A stretch of 64,000 nt of DNA from an uncultured virus (IMG/VR IMGVR_UViG_3300047319_001119) (taxonomy: Duplodnaviria; Heunggongvirae; Uroviricota; Caudoviricetes): IMG/VR virus record IMGVR_UViG_3300047319_001119. The stretch is one strand, 5' to 3'. Shown piece after piece: positions 7,547 to 17,475 of the stretch. Within the stretch, counting starts at the first letter, position 1; each line of letters begins with the position of its first letter. The notes under the pieces were generated by a model. It saw only the letters and a program-made list of their open reading frames with translations. It had not been told where the DNA came from and did not search any database. The position numbers and the translations under genes were made by a program.

Positions 7547-10500
7547 CTACGTTGGGGTTGGGAAATTGCTCGCGTCAACGACAATCGCGTGAAAAAGGAC
7601 GTAACCGTATTTGTAAGGTTGTCCGTCGAGCTTGTACAGGTGCATTCCACTACCGGGCCAAGTGGTTGCGCCGGGAGAAGGGTCAATCGAATAATTCCCA
7701 GGTGCTCCGTTGTAAATCTCAGCGGTCACATCGTCGGGTTCAACGTGATCTTCTCCTCCAACTGGGCCAAGTCCAGTAGCGTCGGCGTGAGCGTGAGCTG
7801 AAATGTGTTGAGAGCCGGTATGAGCACCACCGATTGTAATGTTGCTATGGATAGTCGGGCTTATTCGCACGGTTTTGAGGTTCAACGATTTTTCGTGGGA
7901 GAAACCCGTGCCACCCGCCGAGGTTGAGGTCGTGCTTGGACAGCTCGTGCCGCAAGTGCTTTGAGCTGCGCTCCCCTGACTGCTCGCGGTGGCTTGAACC
8001 GAACCCTTCATCCCTTTGGCGGTTATCGTGACACTCTTGGGAGCAAATTTCGGCCAGTTAATGACAGGTGAACCAACTAACGTAGCGAGCTTGGCCGCAA
8101 TCAGCGCAGGCCATGTCGAGAGATCGGTTGGTTGCGCGATATAAAACCCGTAGTGCATGGCGTCCAAATTGTTTCCCCAAAACTGCACGATATTGGGAGT
8201 TACATCGGGAATCAGGCTGGCGCTGGATTGCGCCGAAGCCTTGAGCGCCATTGACACCGAGAAATTGGCGCTTGTCCCAACATCGAAAGCGCCGGTTTCC
8301 GAATTTGCCCCTTCCCCGAACGCCGTTTCAATAACGCCTGTGACGTCGAGCAGAATGTCGGGCATATCGATATTGACCTTCGAGGGATAGGACAACAGGT
8401 AAGCGTCCAGAATGCTCGCGACCGTGCTTAGATCAACGAGGCGTTCCTCCTGTTTCCACCGGTCCTTGGGCTTAATGTCCAAGAACGGAACGCCGTGATG
8501 ATCCGTGGCGTCACGAACCTGCGTCTGGTAGGGGATAATGGTGTTGAGCCGTTCGTCGTAATCCTGACCATACAACCCCGGCCAGTTTGGATCGACGCCC
8601 CTCTCCGTGGTGCGAACGTCGTAACCGTTCCCCAGGTCGATGACCTCGCTTTTGAGTATCATCAAACCGGTTTCGACAGCGAGAAAACCGTGATTGTGCA
8701 GCATGTGCGTAATCGTCGTCAGATCGCCGCCGTTCTCGCTGGTGAATCCCTGATCAATCACCGTCACCGGCACACTGATCGTGCCGAGTTTCTTAATGGA
8801 AATTCGCTTTTTCCAGATCGCTATTCGCTTCTCGGTGCGTTCAAACTCACCCGGAAGCAGCGTCGGGTTAGTCGAAACGTCCGGTGGAATTTGTGACTCG
8901 ATGATCGATTCAGTAAGCGGGATCGCTGCCCGCAACTTCTCGGGGATCAGGTTGAGGATCGACTTGGTGTAGCTGTCGTCAGGGAACACGAAAGGAACCG
9001 TGGACTCGGTTTTGAGCGACAGGTTATTGCCTAAGTTTTCGACTTCCGATTCAACCGTGAGCGGTGTCGGCGTGATCGATTGCAACCCCGTGGCGAGCGT
9101 GGCGATTACATCGGCCACCTGCTGTTGCGCGGTCATCCGGTATCCAGGCAGCGACACCGGAAGCGACGTCACATCGCGGAAGGTGCTGGTTTCCTTCACC
9201 ACAAAAGCGTTCACCTGATCGCTGGTGTAACTGAGCTCGCCAGTTATTAGAGCGCGATCATTGGCGCTCGTATCGGCCACTAGCAGCTCGTGGCGCTTAG
9301 TCGGCACTACGACGCGGAACTTCTCAGGGATAATGTCAGGGATCGTTTTGCCGAAGCTCTCCTCGGGGAATAGCGTGTCCACGGCCTCAACGCTCCTGAC
9401 CGAAGTGTTGTTCCCAAGGTTATCCACTGAAGCGTCGATGGTCAGCTCGTTCGGCGTGATGGTTTGCAGACCGAGCGCGATCCGGTTGGTCACCGTCGAC
9501 ACCTGTAATTTTCCGGTCAGTTTGTAGTCGATCAACTGCACCGGCAGAACCGTGACGTCGCGGTATTGCCGGGTGTTCTTGACCACAAAGACGTTCACCT
9601 GCTCGCTGGTGCGTTTGAGGTCGCCGTCCAGCATCACTGGTGGCCCTGCGGTTCCTACCGATACCGCCGAACTGGTCTGGATCGGCACGAGCGCCTTGAA
9701 CTTGTGCGGGATAACGTCGGTTATCTCTTTGTCGTAGGTTTCCTGCGTAAAGAGGAAGTCCACGAAGTCGTGTTCCTCAAGGGCCGCTCCGAAGCCAAGG
9801 TCCTGCCACGTAACGTCAAGGAGCGCCGTCGGTGGAGTCGGATCGTGCGAAGTGAGTTGAAGCGTTTTCTCGATGTGCTCGACCTGTTTATCCTTGGTCG
9901 TGCGACTGCCGGTAATCGTGATCGGCAAGACGCCAGCTCCGAAAATGTTTTGGGTGCCGGTTTTGAGCCGATGACGGTAAACATCAATTTGCTCATCGCT
10001 CTCCGAAGTGACTCCCGGTGGTAGCGGCAGGGTGATCGGGCCAGCTACGCCAGCCTCGGTGAAGGTGTAGGACTGCTCGGGAATGAAGAAATCGAACTCG
10101 TGCGGTATCCCGAAGGGCCGATTGATTTCCCACCGCTGATTGGGAAACACATAAGGAACAACGCCGTAGGTGAGGAGCGATTTGCCGTCACCCAGCGCCT
10201 CTTGGCTCATCGTGGTCACCAAGGCCGAGAGCGCGGGCGGTGGATCCGTTTCGTTTACCAGCTTCTCGTGGATCAACTCGGTCTGCGCATCCTGTGTGCG
10301 CTTGTAGCTGACCAGATCGTTGCCGGTCAAGAGTTGTTCCTCGATCGTCTGGAGCGTGGCGCCTTCGTACTGGCCGGTGTTCTGGCGCAGATCCACCATG
10401 ACCTGATCCCCAGTTAGTCCGCTCGGGAACCGGTAATCGGCCGGCGCGGGGCCGGTAAGGACTGTGGTCTTTAACTGGCGCCGAAACTTTTGCGGGGTGA

Positions 10501-10576
10501 GCTGGGGGGAACCTAAACTCTTGTGATAGGTTGCGTCCGAGCTGACTCTATCCCCGCGGCCTCGTTTAACGCCCAT
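7547..10576 (-). CDS. putative tail/structural protein with ~130-aa internal repeats
   Basis: 1009 aa, Thr/Val-rich; four recurrences of F-x(12)-IPxKF/L and LPV/I...QV blocks. Confidence 0.65.
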   Translation of the reverse strand: MGVKRGRGDRVSSDATYHKSLGSPQLTPQKFRRQLKTTVLTGPAPADYRFPSGLTGDQVMVDLRQNTGQYEGATLQTIEEQLLTGNDLVSYKRTQDAQTELIHEKLVNETDPPPALSALVTTMSQEALGDGKSLLTYGVVPYVFPNQRWEINRPFGIPHEFDFFIPEQSYTFTEAGVAGPITLPLPPGVTSESDEQIDVYRHRLKTGTQNIFGAGVLPITITGSRTTKDKQVEHIEKTLQLTSHDPTPPTALLDVTWQDLGFGAALEEHDFVDFLFTQETYDKEITDVIPHKFKALVPIQTSSAVSVGTAGPPVMLDGDLKRTSEQVNVFVVKNTRQYRDVTVLPVQLIDYKLTGKLQVSTVTNRIALGLQTITPNELTIDASVDNLGNNTSVRSVEAVDTLFPEESFGKTIPDIIPEKFRVVVPTKRHELLVADTSANDRALITGELSYTSDQVNAFVVKETSTFRDVTSLPVSLPGYRMTAQQQVADVIATLATGLQSITPTPLTVESEVENLGNNLSLKTESTVPFVFPDDSYTKSILNLIPEKLRAAIPLTESIIESQIPPDVSTNPTLLPGEFERTEKRIAIWKKRISIKKLGTISVPVTVIDQGFTSENGGDLTTITHMLHNHGFLAVETGLMILKSEVIDLGNGYDVRTTERGVDPNWPGLYGQDYDERLNTIIPYQTQVRDATDHHGVPFLDIKPKDRWKQEERLVDLSTVASILDAYLLSYPSKVNIDMPDILLDVTGVIETAFGEGANSETGAFDVGTSANFSVSMALKASAQSSASLIPDVTPNIVQFWGNNLDAMHYGFYIAQPTDLSTWPALIAAKLATLVGSPVINWPKFAPKSVTITAKGMKGSVQATASSQGSAAQSTCGTSCPSTTSTSAGGTGFSHEKSLNLKTVRISPTIHSNITIGGAHTGSQHISAHAHADATGLGPVGGEDHVEPDDVTAEIYNGAPGNYSIDPSPGATTWPGSGMHLYKLDGQPYKYGYVLFHAIVVDASNFPTPT

Positions 10577-10577
10577 G

Positions 10578-11579
10578 TCACAGGTATCTGGCGCGAGTGA
10601 TGTTGAGTTGCGGCGTCAACGATGCGCCGTTGCGGAGCCGTTGCACGGCCTCGTCGTATTCGCTCTTGAGCGAGGCGCGGATCTCCCTGTTCTGGACGTT
10701 GGGATGCGCGGACACATACTTCCAGCGGGCAAACGGGAGCAGGAAGGATTCGATCATGTCCGGTGGCAGGCACGGAATATCAATAGCCGGATCGTTGCCA
10801 CCTTCCTCGTTCATCATGGTGCGATCGATCGGGACCGGCTTGCGATAAATGTCATAGTTCACGTTGCCTAGTTGCGTAGGCATGGGGTTGAGGCCCAAAT
10901 ACAGTGAGCCGCCACCCTTACGCGCGGTGTCCTGCATCTGCTCGACGCGATACTGCTGAGGGACGCCAGCGGTTTTCTCCCAAGTCGTGTACCACGGAAG
11001 GATATAGCACCAAGCGTTACGGGAGCCGCCAAGGACGCGCCAATACTGCGATCCCATGAACTCGCCTTTGGTCTGTGCGGGATGCAGCCTGGTGTTCGGC
11101 GCGAGCGTAACCGGCTCAAGAACCGCCATGACGTCGGCATCCAGTAGCAGGGAATCCGAATACACCGTGCCGGTGTGCGCTCCGGTGGCTCCGGTGTACG
11201 CGCGCAGCAAGGTAAAAATCGTTTCACCCGGCACTTGGTTGTCGAACACGGCGTCCTTAATCCGGTTGAGGATCGCGTCACCGTCGATCCGCACTGAGCA
11301 GCCGCGCATCCACGGCGCGAAATTGCCCAGCATCGTGGCGGTGTTCTGCCCTTGCGTCAGATTGAGCGTGATTGTAGTCGGAACATTGAGGAACGAACTG
11401 CGCGAGTCGTATTTGAGCGACTCAGGGCCATCGAGGAAGATCAGTTCGAGCGATTGATTGACCGCGGCAACGCCCTTAACGACCTCGCCTTCGTCCTCGC
11501 CCTTGTCGGTCCCGCCCAGCTCGAACCCGTAAATGTTTGCGTAGGAAAGCAAATCCAGCACGACTTCTTGAACCGTCAT
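10578..11579 (-). CDS. putative head-tail adaptor/structural protein
   Basis: 333 aa; helical N- and C-termini around a beta core; position after the capsid genes. Confidence 0.45.
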   Translation of the reverse strand: MTVQEVVLDLLSYANIYGFELGGTDKGEDEGEVVKGVAAVNQSLELIFLDGPESLKYDSRSSFLNVPTTITLNLTQGQNTATMLGNFAPWMRGCSVRIDGDAILNRIKDAVFDNQVPGETIFTLLRAYTGATGAHTGTVYSDSLLLDADVMAVLEPVTLAPNTRLHPAQTKGEFMGSQYWRVLGGSRNAWCYILPWYTTWEKTAGVPQQYRVEQMQDTARKGGGSLYLGLNPMPTQLGNVNYDIYRKPVPIDRTMMNEEGGNDPAIDIPCLPPDMIESFLLPFARWKYVSAHPNVQNREIRASLKSEYDEAVQRLRNGASLTPQLNITRARYL

Positions 11580-11616
11580 GCCGGAGCGCCTTGCCTAAAG
11601 CGCAGCGTTCTGTCAA
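11580..11616 (-). promoter_or_regulatory. putative late leaderless promoter
   Basis: TTGACA-N17-CAAGGC-gctccggc-ATG. Confidence 0.6.
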
Positions 11617-12002
11617 TCAGGAAAGCCGAGAGCTTCCTTGATTTGCTCCTCGGTCATGCCTTTTTTCCACACGCCAGCGGCCTTCGCCCGTTCCCTGAGC
11701 GACTTCTCTTTGCGAAGCGTATTGATCGCGACCAACTCGGGATCTCTAATTGGTTCTTCCGACTCCGGCGCGACCGCGGCCTGCACTTCGATAAACTCCG
11801 GAACCCACTGTTGCTGGTAATCGGGATTTCCGATCAGATCGAATTTGTCGCGGTCGTAATCCTCCAGCGACATTTCAAATACGAACCCGTTGAACTCCGG
11901 TCGCAGCGCCGATTGACCGTAGTTTTTTGTGCTGATGCCGCACACAGGGAACCCCGTTTGTCCATGCGAAGCGGCACGATTGATTAACCTTACTCGATGC
12001 AT
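11613..12002 (-). CDS. hypothetical protein
   Basis: ORF from ATG 12002; short helical C-terminal segment. Confidence 0.55.
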   Translation of the reverse strand: MHRVRLINRAASHGQTGFPVCGISTKNYGQSALRPEFNGFVFEMSLEDYDRDKFDLIGNPDYQQQWVPEFIEVQAAVAPESEEPIRDPELVAINTLRKEKSLRERAKAAGVWKKGMTEEQIKEALGFPD

Positions 12003-12019
12003 TGCCCCTGATAACAGAA

Positions 12020-12050
12020 GGGCGGTCAGGTGTCGAGCCCGACCGCCCCC
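12020..12050 (-). terminator. hairpin, possible terminator/attenuator after the capsid genes
   Basis: GGGCGGTC...GACCGCCC stem followed on the minus strand by TTCTGTT. Confidence 0.35.
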
Positions 12051-12075
12051 TATGGTCATTTCTGTGCCTTAACCT

Positions 12076-12420
12076 CTACGTTCCGACATTCCTCGCCAAC
12101 GGATTAATGTCAATCGGCTTGCGCCCTTCCCACGACATAAACCCGCCGACTGCGTACCAAATTTGACCTGTTTCGTCTTGGCAGAACTTGCGACTGGCCG
12201 CCTCAATCACGAACAAATCCCCCGATCGCCCGCTTTGGGCGAAAACCAGAACAGGATCGTTTTTCTTTTCCTGTCCCGGTGGTTCCGGTGGTTTGCCCTT
12301 CGCCTGATCAAAAGTCGCGCTCACTATTTCCCCGTAGACAAGAACTACGTGAACAGGAGCCTTATCGACAATGTTCAGGATCGGCTGCTCGTAATTGGGC
12401 GGTTGGAAGTCTTTGTTCAT
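12076..12420 (-). CDS. capsid-associated hypothetical protein (paralog of 12417-12953)
   Basis: Shares LVFxQSGRS...RKFxQDxTGQIxY...KPxDI with its neighbour. Confidence 0.65.
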   Translation of the reverse strand: MNKDFQPPNYEQPILNIVDKAPVHVVLVYGEIVSATFDQAKGKPPEPPGQEKKNDPVLVFAQSGRSGDLFVIEAASRKFCQDETGQIWYAVGGFMSWEGRKPIDINPLARNVGT

Positions 12421-12953
12421 GTGCCAAGAGCGACAATGTCGACCGGCTTGAACTCGTCGTTACCCGCAACCCCGTGCGAGTTGTAGAAGATCTGCCCAGT
12501 CCTGTCCTGCACGAACTTTCGTTTGGCAGGCTCAGGAAGCAGAAACTCCTGCGAGCGACCGCTCTGGACGAACACCAGATGGTCGTAATCCTTGCCGTCC
12601 TCCGGCATCGTCGGCACGTTACTGCCGTCGAACACTAGGATCGTGACCACGTTGGTCGGTGTCGTCTGGTCAATGACCGGCTTACTGCCGTCAATGACAG
12701 GATCCTCGAAGTCCTCCCACGCAGCCGCATTGATCTGCGCTTCGACTTCTTTGGCTCCTGCTTTGTTGCGCTCGTCCTCCGCGGCGTCGTCGGCCCCAGC
12801 GTCTTTCGACGCTTTCCCGCCCTTTAACGCCGCGATGATCTCCGCTTTGGTGGCGCTCGAAGGTACGTCGATGCCGCGTTCCTCCGCGAGATCCCGCAGC
12901 TCGGGAACTGTCATCGCGTTGTACTCGTCATCGGTCAGTTTTTTGTGATTCAT
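12417..12953 (-). CDS. HeH/Rho-N-like domain protein, capsid-associated
   Basis: N-terminal MTVPELRDLAEERGIDVPSSATKAEIIAAL; C-terminal domain shared with 12076-12420. Confidence 0.65.
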   Translation of the reverse strand: MNHKKLTDDEYNAMTVPELRDLAEERGIDVPSSATKAEIIAALKGGKASKDAGADDAAEDERNKAGAKEVEAQINAAAWEDFEDPVIDGSKPVIDQTTPTNVVTILVFDGSNVPTMPEDGKDYDHLVFVQSGRSQEFLLPEPAKRKFVQDRTGQIFYNSHGVAGNDEFKPVDIVALGT

Positions 12954-12983
12954 TTGAAATACTCCTTCCTGTGGTTGCTGCGT

Positions 12984-14618
12984 TTAGGTGACTGTCGGGA
13001 ATCCGTCAGCCGGATAAGCGTGCTCGATCACGACGAAGTTGGGATATTTGCTATCCGCCCTCTGTGTCGCACAACTGCCGAACACGGTTTCCACACCGAT
13101 ACCGTGATCCATGCCGTGGTTGCGGTGTTCCTCGGTGCGCGCGGCGCGAGCGTTGCGTCCCTTGAGTGAACCGTAACCGCAGATGCCAGCCATTTCGCCA
13201 AGACCGAGGGTGTAACAGAACGGAACTCCGAAGCTGTTGACCTCGATAACGAGCGAACCTACAGGGTGCGAATCGGTGAGATTCGCCAATAGCCACGGGG
13301 CTACGTTCCAAGTGATTCCAGAACCAGGGAAGGTCGTGACTGCGATACCAGCAGCAGCCGCGCGCAGCCTGCTCGCCATTGTGAGCTTGTTGCCGTTGTT
13401 CACCGTGTAGGTGTAGAGGCCGATCTTGCCGGCGTTAGCGCCGGTCAGATTGTAAATCGCCACGTAGCGCACGGTCGTTGTGTCGGCGGCAACCGTATTC
13501 CCATTGGTGTACGTCCACGGGGCATTACTGAATGCCTCGAAGTAGTTGGGAGCAGGTACCAGCGCCGCGCCTGTCGCGTCACCACCACCGGTGATGTCGT
13601 AGGCGTTGTTGTCGGCAGGGATCGCCGCACCCAAGAAGGCGCGCGGTTGAATCACTGACCCGACTGGACCGTAGGCTTCGTGATCTCGGACGTACCAGCG
13701 GTAAATACCGTGGCCGTTCCAATCCACAAAATCCCCTCGGAAGATCGGGTTGCCTTTGCCGCGGTTCTCCGCGTACTGCAACGCCTGCAAGTAGGCCGAT
13801 TCACTTCCAAGCGGAGCGAACGCAAACTGCGTCCCGAAGAACAGGAACTGCTCAACGAAACCGCCCGCGTCGTTCTTGATGGTCCCAACGGGTTTACCGC
13901 CGAGTCCGGAGAGAACCAGCCCGCTCTTGGTGATCGTGTTGGTGCTCATTACGTCAGCCGATTTGAGCAGGTCGCGCCCACCCTTGAAATTCGGGCGAAC
14001 CATGTTGATGCCGCTAGTCTTGGCGGCTTGAATCAGCCCCATCATCAGATCCTCGGAGATTTTCCGGCCAAGTCGCGCGCGAAGCAGCTTGTTGGACAGG
14101 TTATCCCACTGGGAGCCGACTACGGTTTCCTCTTGGGCAACGTCAGTGATACCGATACCGAACCATTGGCGCCCGATCTTGCACGGGAAGCCGCCGATGC
14201 GGAGTTTTTCTTCGTTGCCGCTTCGGTCGCCTTCACCCTGCGCACCAGGCCCACCCAACGGAGCGACTGTCGGAATGTTGATGGTGTTGCCATCGACCTT
14301 CGATAGATCGTCGTATTGGATGAACGGTTTGCTCGAGCCGGGACCACCGATCATTTCGTCACTAAACACATTGGCTTGCTCGGCGCCCATAAGGATGCGT
14401 TTAACCCAAAGCTCCTCTGCGGCCTTGGGGTTCATCGCTACCTCGTTGGCGTACGTCAGGACGTTAATCTTGTTGTACGACACGCCGAGTTGCTGTGTCA
14501 GCAACGGGTTGACCAGCCACACCGCGAAAAATGCTCCGATACTTTGGGTAGCGAGCAAGACCGTCAGCGCAGTGGTCAGGTGAAGCAAGGCAATGGCCTT
14601 GCGATATTGAAACTTCAT
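12984..14618 (-). CDS. major capsid protein (N4-gp56/DUF4043-like)
   Basis: DLSKVDGNTINIP...GPGAQGEGDRSGNEEKL motif, NPIFRGDFVDWNG, DHGIGVETVFG near C-terminus; directly downstream of scaffold; AGGAGG RBS. Confidence 0.85.
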   Translation of the reverse strand: MKFQYRKAIALLHLTTALTVLLATQSIGAFFAVWLVNPLLTQQLGVSYNKINVLTYANEVAMNPKAAEELWVKRILMGAEQANVFSDEMIGGPGSSKPFIQYDDLSKVDGNTINIPTVAPLGGPGAQGEGDRSGNEEKLRIGGFPCKIGRQWFGIGITDVAQEETVVGSQWDNLSNKLLRARLGRKISEDLMMGLIQAAKTSGINMVRPNFKGGRDLLKSADVMSTNTITKSGLVLSGLGGKPVGTIKNDAGGFVEQFLFFGTQFAFAPLGSESAYLQALQYAENRGKGNPIFRGDFVDWNGHGIYRWYVRDHEAYGPVGSVIQPRAFLGAAIPADNNAYDITGGGDATGAALVPAPNYFEAFSNAPWTYTNGNTVAADTTTVRYVAIYNLTGANAGKIGLYTYTVNNGNKLTMASRLRAAAAGIAVTTFPGSGITWNVAPWLLANLTDSHPVGSLVIEVNSFGVPFCYTLGLGEMAGICGYGSLKGRNARAARTEEHRNHGMDHGIGVETVFGSCATQRADSKYPNFVVIEHAYPADGFPTVT

Positions 14619-14675
14619 TACTTTCCTCCTAATTTTGGTGACGAGGAAAGAGCGTGTAGCGCAAGAGATACGGGG

Positions 14676-15764
14676 CTACCGAACAGCGGCAGCAATCCCC
14701 TCATTGGCCTTGGCTGCATTGTCCAAGTCCGCAAGAGTGGCTTTATCACTTCGCAGATATTCGACGCTCGTTTTGTCGTCTGTTGATTCTGCGGGTTTCC
14801 CCGGCACGGCGGTTTTGGCACCGGATACCGGAGTAGCCTTCTTCTGAGTTGGCGCTGTCGTTGTCTTTTGGGCTGGCTTGGCAGTGGCTTTGGGCGCGAT
14901 CCCGAGTTCCCGAGCGACGATTTCAGTCACGCGCTCAGGAGCGGTATCAGCGTACAGGATCGGATGCTCAGGGTGGCGAGGATCTTTCATTTCCTCAAAC
15001 CGTTTAGCGATCGCCTTGCCGAGAACGGTTTTACTGTCCGCGGCGTCCGGAAACTGCTCGATCGCGCGCCCTTTGGATTCCTCGCGCGCGTTCTTCTGAG
15101 CGGTTACCTCTTTCTGGCGCTCGCCTTCAACCGCATACTGGATTCCTTCGAGTTTGAGTTCCTCTTTGGAAAGCTGCGCTCGCTTGTCCGCTAGTTGAAC
15201 CGTAGCGGAGCGCATTGCTTTGGTGGACAGAATCTCCTCCTCGTCCTCGGGATCGATCTGTTGTTCCAGTAGCGTGATTTCGTTCTTGAGCGTTTCGACC
15301 GTGGTCAGTTGCGCGGTCAACGGATCAGGTGGCGGCGCCGTTGCGGCTTGCGCCGGCGGCTGCTCGCCCTTGACTCGTCGTTCGGCCTCGGCCCACGTAA
15401 TCGGTGCGTTGGCTACTTGCGCCGCCTTATACACTGCGTTGATCGCCTTGTCTGTCGGATCGGTGTACCGGAAGCGATTCGGGAGTTCTCCACGAGGCTC
15501 CTCCGGTTCGTCGGCAGGTGGCGTCCCTTCCGGCTCGCCCTCTTGCGGGGGCTCACCTTCTGGCGCTGGTGTTTCGGCGGGTGTTTCGCCCTCAGCTCCA
15601 CTGCCAGCCTCCTCAGACTTCGGCGTTACCTTAGCGGCCTCGGTCTGAACAGAATCGAGGTCATCAAGGTTCGCGTTCTCAAGAGTAGGCTGTGTAGTAT
15701 CCGCTGCGGTTTCCGTAGCGGCCGTCGTTGGTGTTGCCTCGGCTTGCGCCTGAGTTGGTTCCAT
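14676..15764 (-). CDS. capsid scaffolding protein
   Basis: Acidic Pro/Glu-rich N-terminus and coiled-coil middle; immediately upstream of the MCP; likely start MEPTQ at 15764. Confidence 0.7.
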   Translation of the reverse strand: MEPTQAQAEATPTTAATETAADTTQPTLENANLDDLDSVQTEAAKVTPKSEEAGSGAEGETPAETPAPEGEPPQEGEPEGTPPADEPEEPRGELPNRFRYTDPTDKAINAVYKAAQVANAPITWAEAERRVKGEQPPAQAATAPPPDPLTAQLTTVETLKNEITLLEQQIDPEDEEEILSTKAMRSATVQLADKRAQLSKEELKLEGIQYAVEGERQKEVTAQKNAREESKGRAIEQFPDAADSKTVLGKAIAKRFEEMKDPRHPEHPILYADTAPERVTEIVARELGIAPKATAKPAQKTTTAPTQKKATPVSGAKTAVPGKPAESTDDKTSVEYLRSDKATLADLDNAAKANEGIAAAVR

Positions 15765-15801
15765 GCCGCGGCGCTTTGCCGAGAGCATGAAAAAGAAGCA
15801 A
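15765..15801 (-). promoter_or_regulatory. putative late leaderless promoter
   Basis: TTGCTT-N17-CAAAGC-gccgcggc-ATG. Confidence 0.55.
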
Positions 15802-16048
15802 GCAAAAAATTCAGGCGTGCTTGTGCTGGCGCTTGGCCCAGCGCAGTCGGCGCTCCTGTTCGCGTCGGTGAGTGGGGCTTTGGAGCAGGAACTCCCCTAA
15901 TCGCTTCCCCATCGCGCACAGACCGCGCGGCGGCGGGGTGCAATCTTCTCGGTCCATCGTTTTTATTACGACTTGTTGTGCCACCCGATCTTAGGGATAC
16001 GCCCTATTCGTTAGGTTCGCAAGTACCGCGCAGCGCGAAGCCTCAGAA

Positions 16049-16225
16049 TCAACCACTTGCGACCTTTGTTGGAGCGTCCTTGGTCCAACCGGCGCGGATT
16101 GCGTTCTCCTGGCACTCGCCAAAATCCTCGTAACCCTTCTGTGAAGCCTCGATCACGCGACCTCTGGCGCCTTTGCGCTTCCAATGCCAAAGGCGCTTTT
16201 TATCGCGGTAGAACACCCATTTCAA
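16049..16225 (-). CDS. DUF1508/YegP-like small protein
   Basis: Not in ORF track; TTG start overlaps the amidase stop; MKWVFYRDKKRLWHWKRKGARGRVIEASQKGYEDFGECQENAIRAG fits the DUF1508 pattern. Confidence 0.7.
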   Translation of the reverse strand: MKWVFYRDKKRLWHWKRKGARGRVIEASQKGYEDFGECQENAIRAGWTKDAPTKVASG

Positions 16226-17181
16226 GATTCACTGGGGAAAATCACCGTCACTTCGTCGTCGGTCTTGATTCCAAGGTCATCCATCAGGCAGGGACTAAGA
16301 TCCGCAACGCGGCCCGTGTTCTCGTTCGGCCCCCAGTCGGCAGGGAAGGCTTTGAGTTGTACGCCGGTCTTGTGCGCTCGCACCAGCGCCTGCCTTTCGA
16401 GCAGCTTGGGCTTTGGGGTTTTGGAATAGTCCCACCGGCAGGCAACGTAATGGACGCAATCGTTTAACCGCCGCGCCAGCCCGCTCGTCCCGCTGGGCTG
16501 GTACGGCAGGAACAAATGTGGCGCCTGCTCCATCGAACTGATAAAGGCCAGCCCTTCGCTCGGGCTTACGCCTTGATCGTTGGGACCGCCAAAGTAGGAC
16601 GCTTTGCCGGTAACGCTGAACAGTCCTTCTGCGGGCGGTGGCAATGGCGGTGAGCCGTGTTCAATATCGATCCCCGACACCGCGCTGGCGATTGCCGCGC
16701 AGATCGCGCCGAACTTAATGCCGTAGATACCAGCGTCGGCCTCCGAATCGACAAAGCACACTTCGACCAGGATCGCCGGTTTGTGCGTGTTGTTGAGGAA
16801 GAACAGGTCGTTGCGGAGTTTCGCGCCGCGGTTAATGAGGCCAGAGGCATTGGCGATCTGCCTCGCCACATCACGGGCCAGAGTTTCCTGAGTCACGAAC
16901 AAGACTTCGGTTCCCATCGGCTTGGCCGTCTTTTGGTAGCAGTTGAAGTGAACACTAACGTCCAAGTCGCGGGATTGGTCGTTATGGAAATTGCAGATCC
17001 GGTTCAGGTTCTCGTTCTGCGTCGTTGAAACGTCATCGTGGAAGATCTGTACTCCCACGCCAGCGTTTTGCAGCTCGAACGCGACGTCGTTGACCACCCG
17101 CCGAGCCTCGTTCACTTCGTCAAGAATATCCTTGGCGCCGCGCACGAGGCTTCCGTGACCGCTTGAGATAACGATCTTCAT
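16222..17181 (-). CDS. endolysin: Amidase_3 N-acetylmuramoyl-L-alanine amidase plus C-terminal DPBB/RlpA-like domain
   Basis: ISSGHG, E25, VSVHFN, GTEV, PAILVEVCFVDS; C-terminal GKASYFGG...ADWGP...RVADLS. Confidence 0.9.
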   Translation of the reverse strand: MKIVISSGHGSLVRGAKDILDEVNEARRVVNDVAFELQNAGVGVQIFHDDVSTTQNENLNRICNFHNDQSRDLDVSVHFNCYQKTAKPMGTEVLFVTQETLARDVARQIANASGLINRGAKLRNDLFFLNNTHKPAILVEVCFVDSEADAGIYGIKFGAICAAIASAVSGIDIEHGSPPLPPPAEGLFSVTGKASYFGGPNDQGVSPSEGLAFISSMEQAPHLFLPYQPSGTSGLARRLNDCVHYVACRWDYSKTPKPKLLERQALVRAHKTGVQLKAFPADWGPNENTGRVADLSPCLMDDLGIKTDDEVTVIFPSES

Positions 17182-17435
17182 GGTTGTTTAGAGGCTTCCA
17201 GTTGCACCTGCGGCATGATGAGCATATTCGGGCGCCCAAGCAGCTCGGCCAGATCCTTAACGTCGACCACGCTACCGCCCCTGTATTTGCCTTCCTCGTT
17301 AGCAAACAACACGCGCACCTTGGTAGCGGTTAAGACCACCCTTTCGCGTTTGAGGATCTCCTCGATCGCAGCGTTGGCTCGATTGACTCGTGCCTGCTCT
17401 GCCTTGGCGCCGTTCTGACTTTGTTTTTTTGCCAT
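17178..17435 (-). CDS. hypothetical protein
   Basis: Start MAKKQ after a promoter-like motif; ATGA-coupled to the endolysin. Confidence 0.6.
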   Translation of the reverse strand: MAKKQSQNGAKAEQARVNRANAAIEEILKRERVVLTATKVRVLFANEEGKYRGGSVVDVKDLAELLGRPNMLIMPQVQLEASKQP

Positions 17436-17473
17436 CAGCGGCGCTTCCTGCCGCAAAAGGCAAAAATTGGCAA
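17436..17473 (-). promoter_or_regulatory. putative late leaderless promoter
   Basis: TTGCCA-N17-CAGGAA-gcgccgctg-ATG. Confidence 0.5.
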
Positions 17474-17475
17474 GG

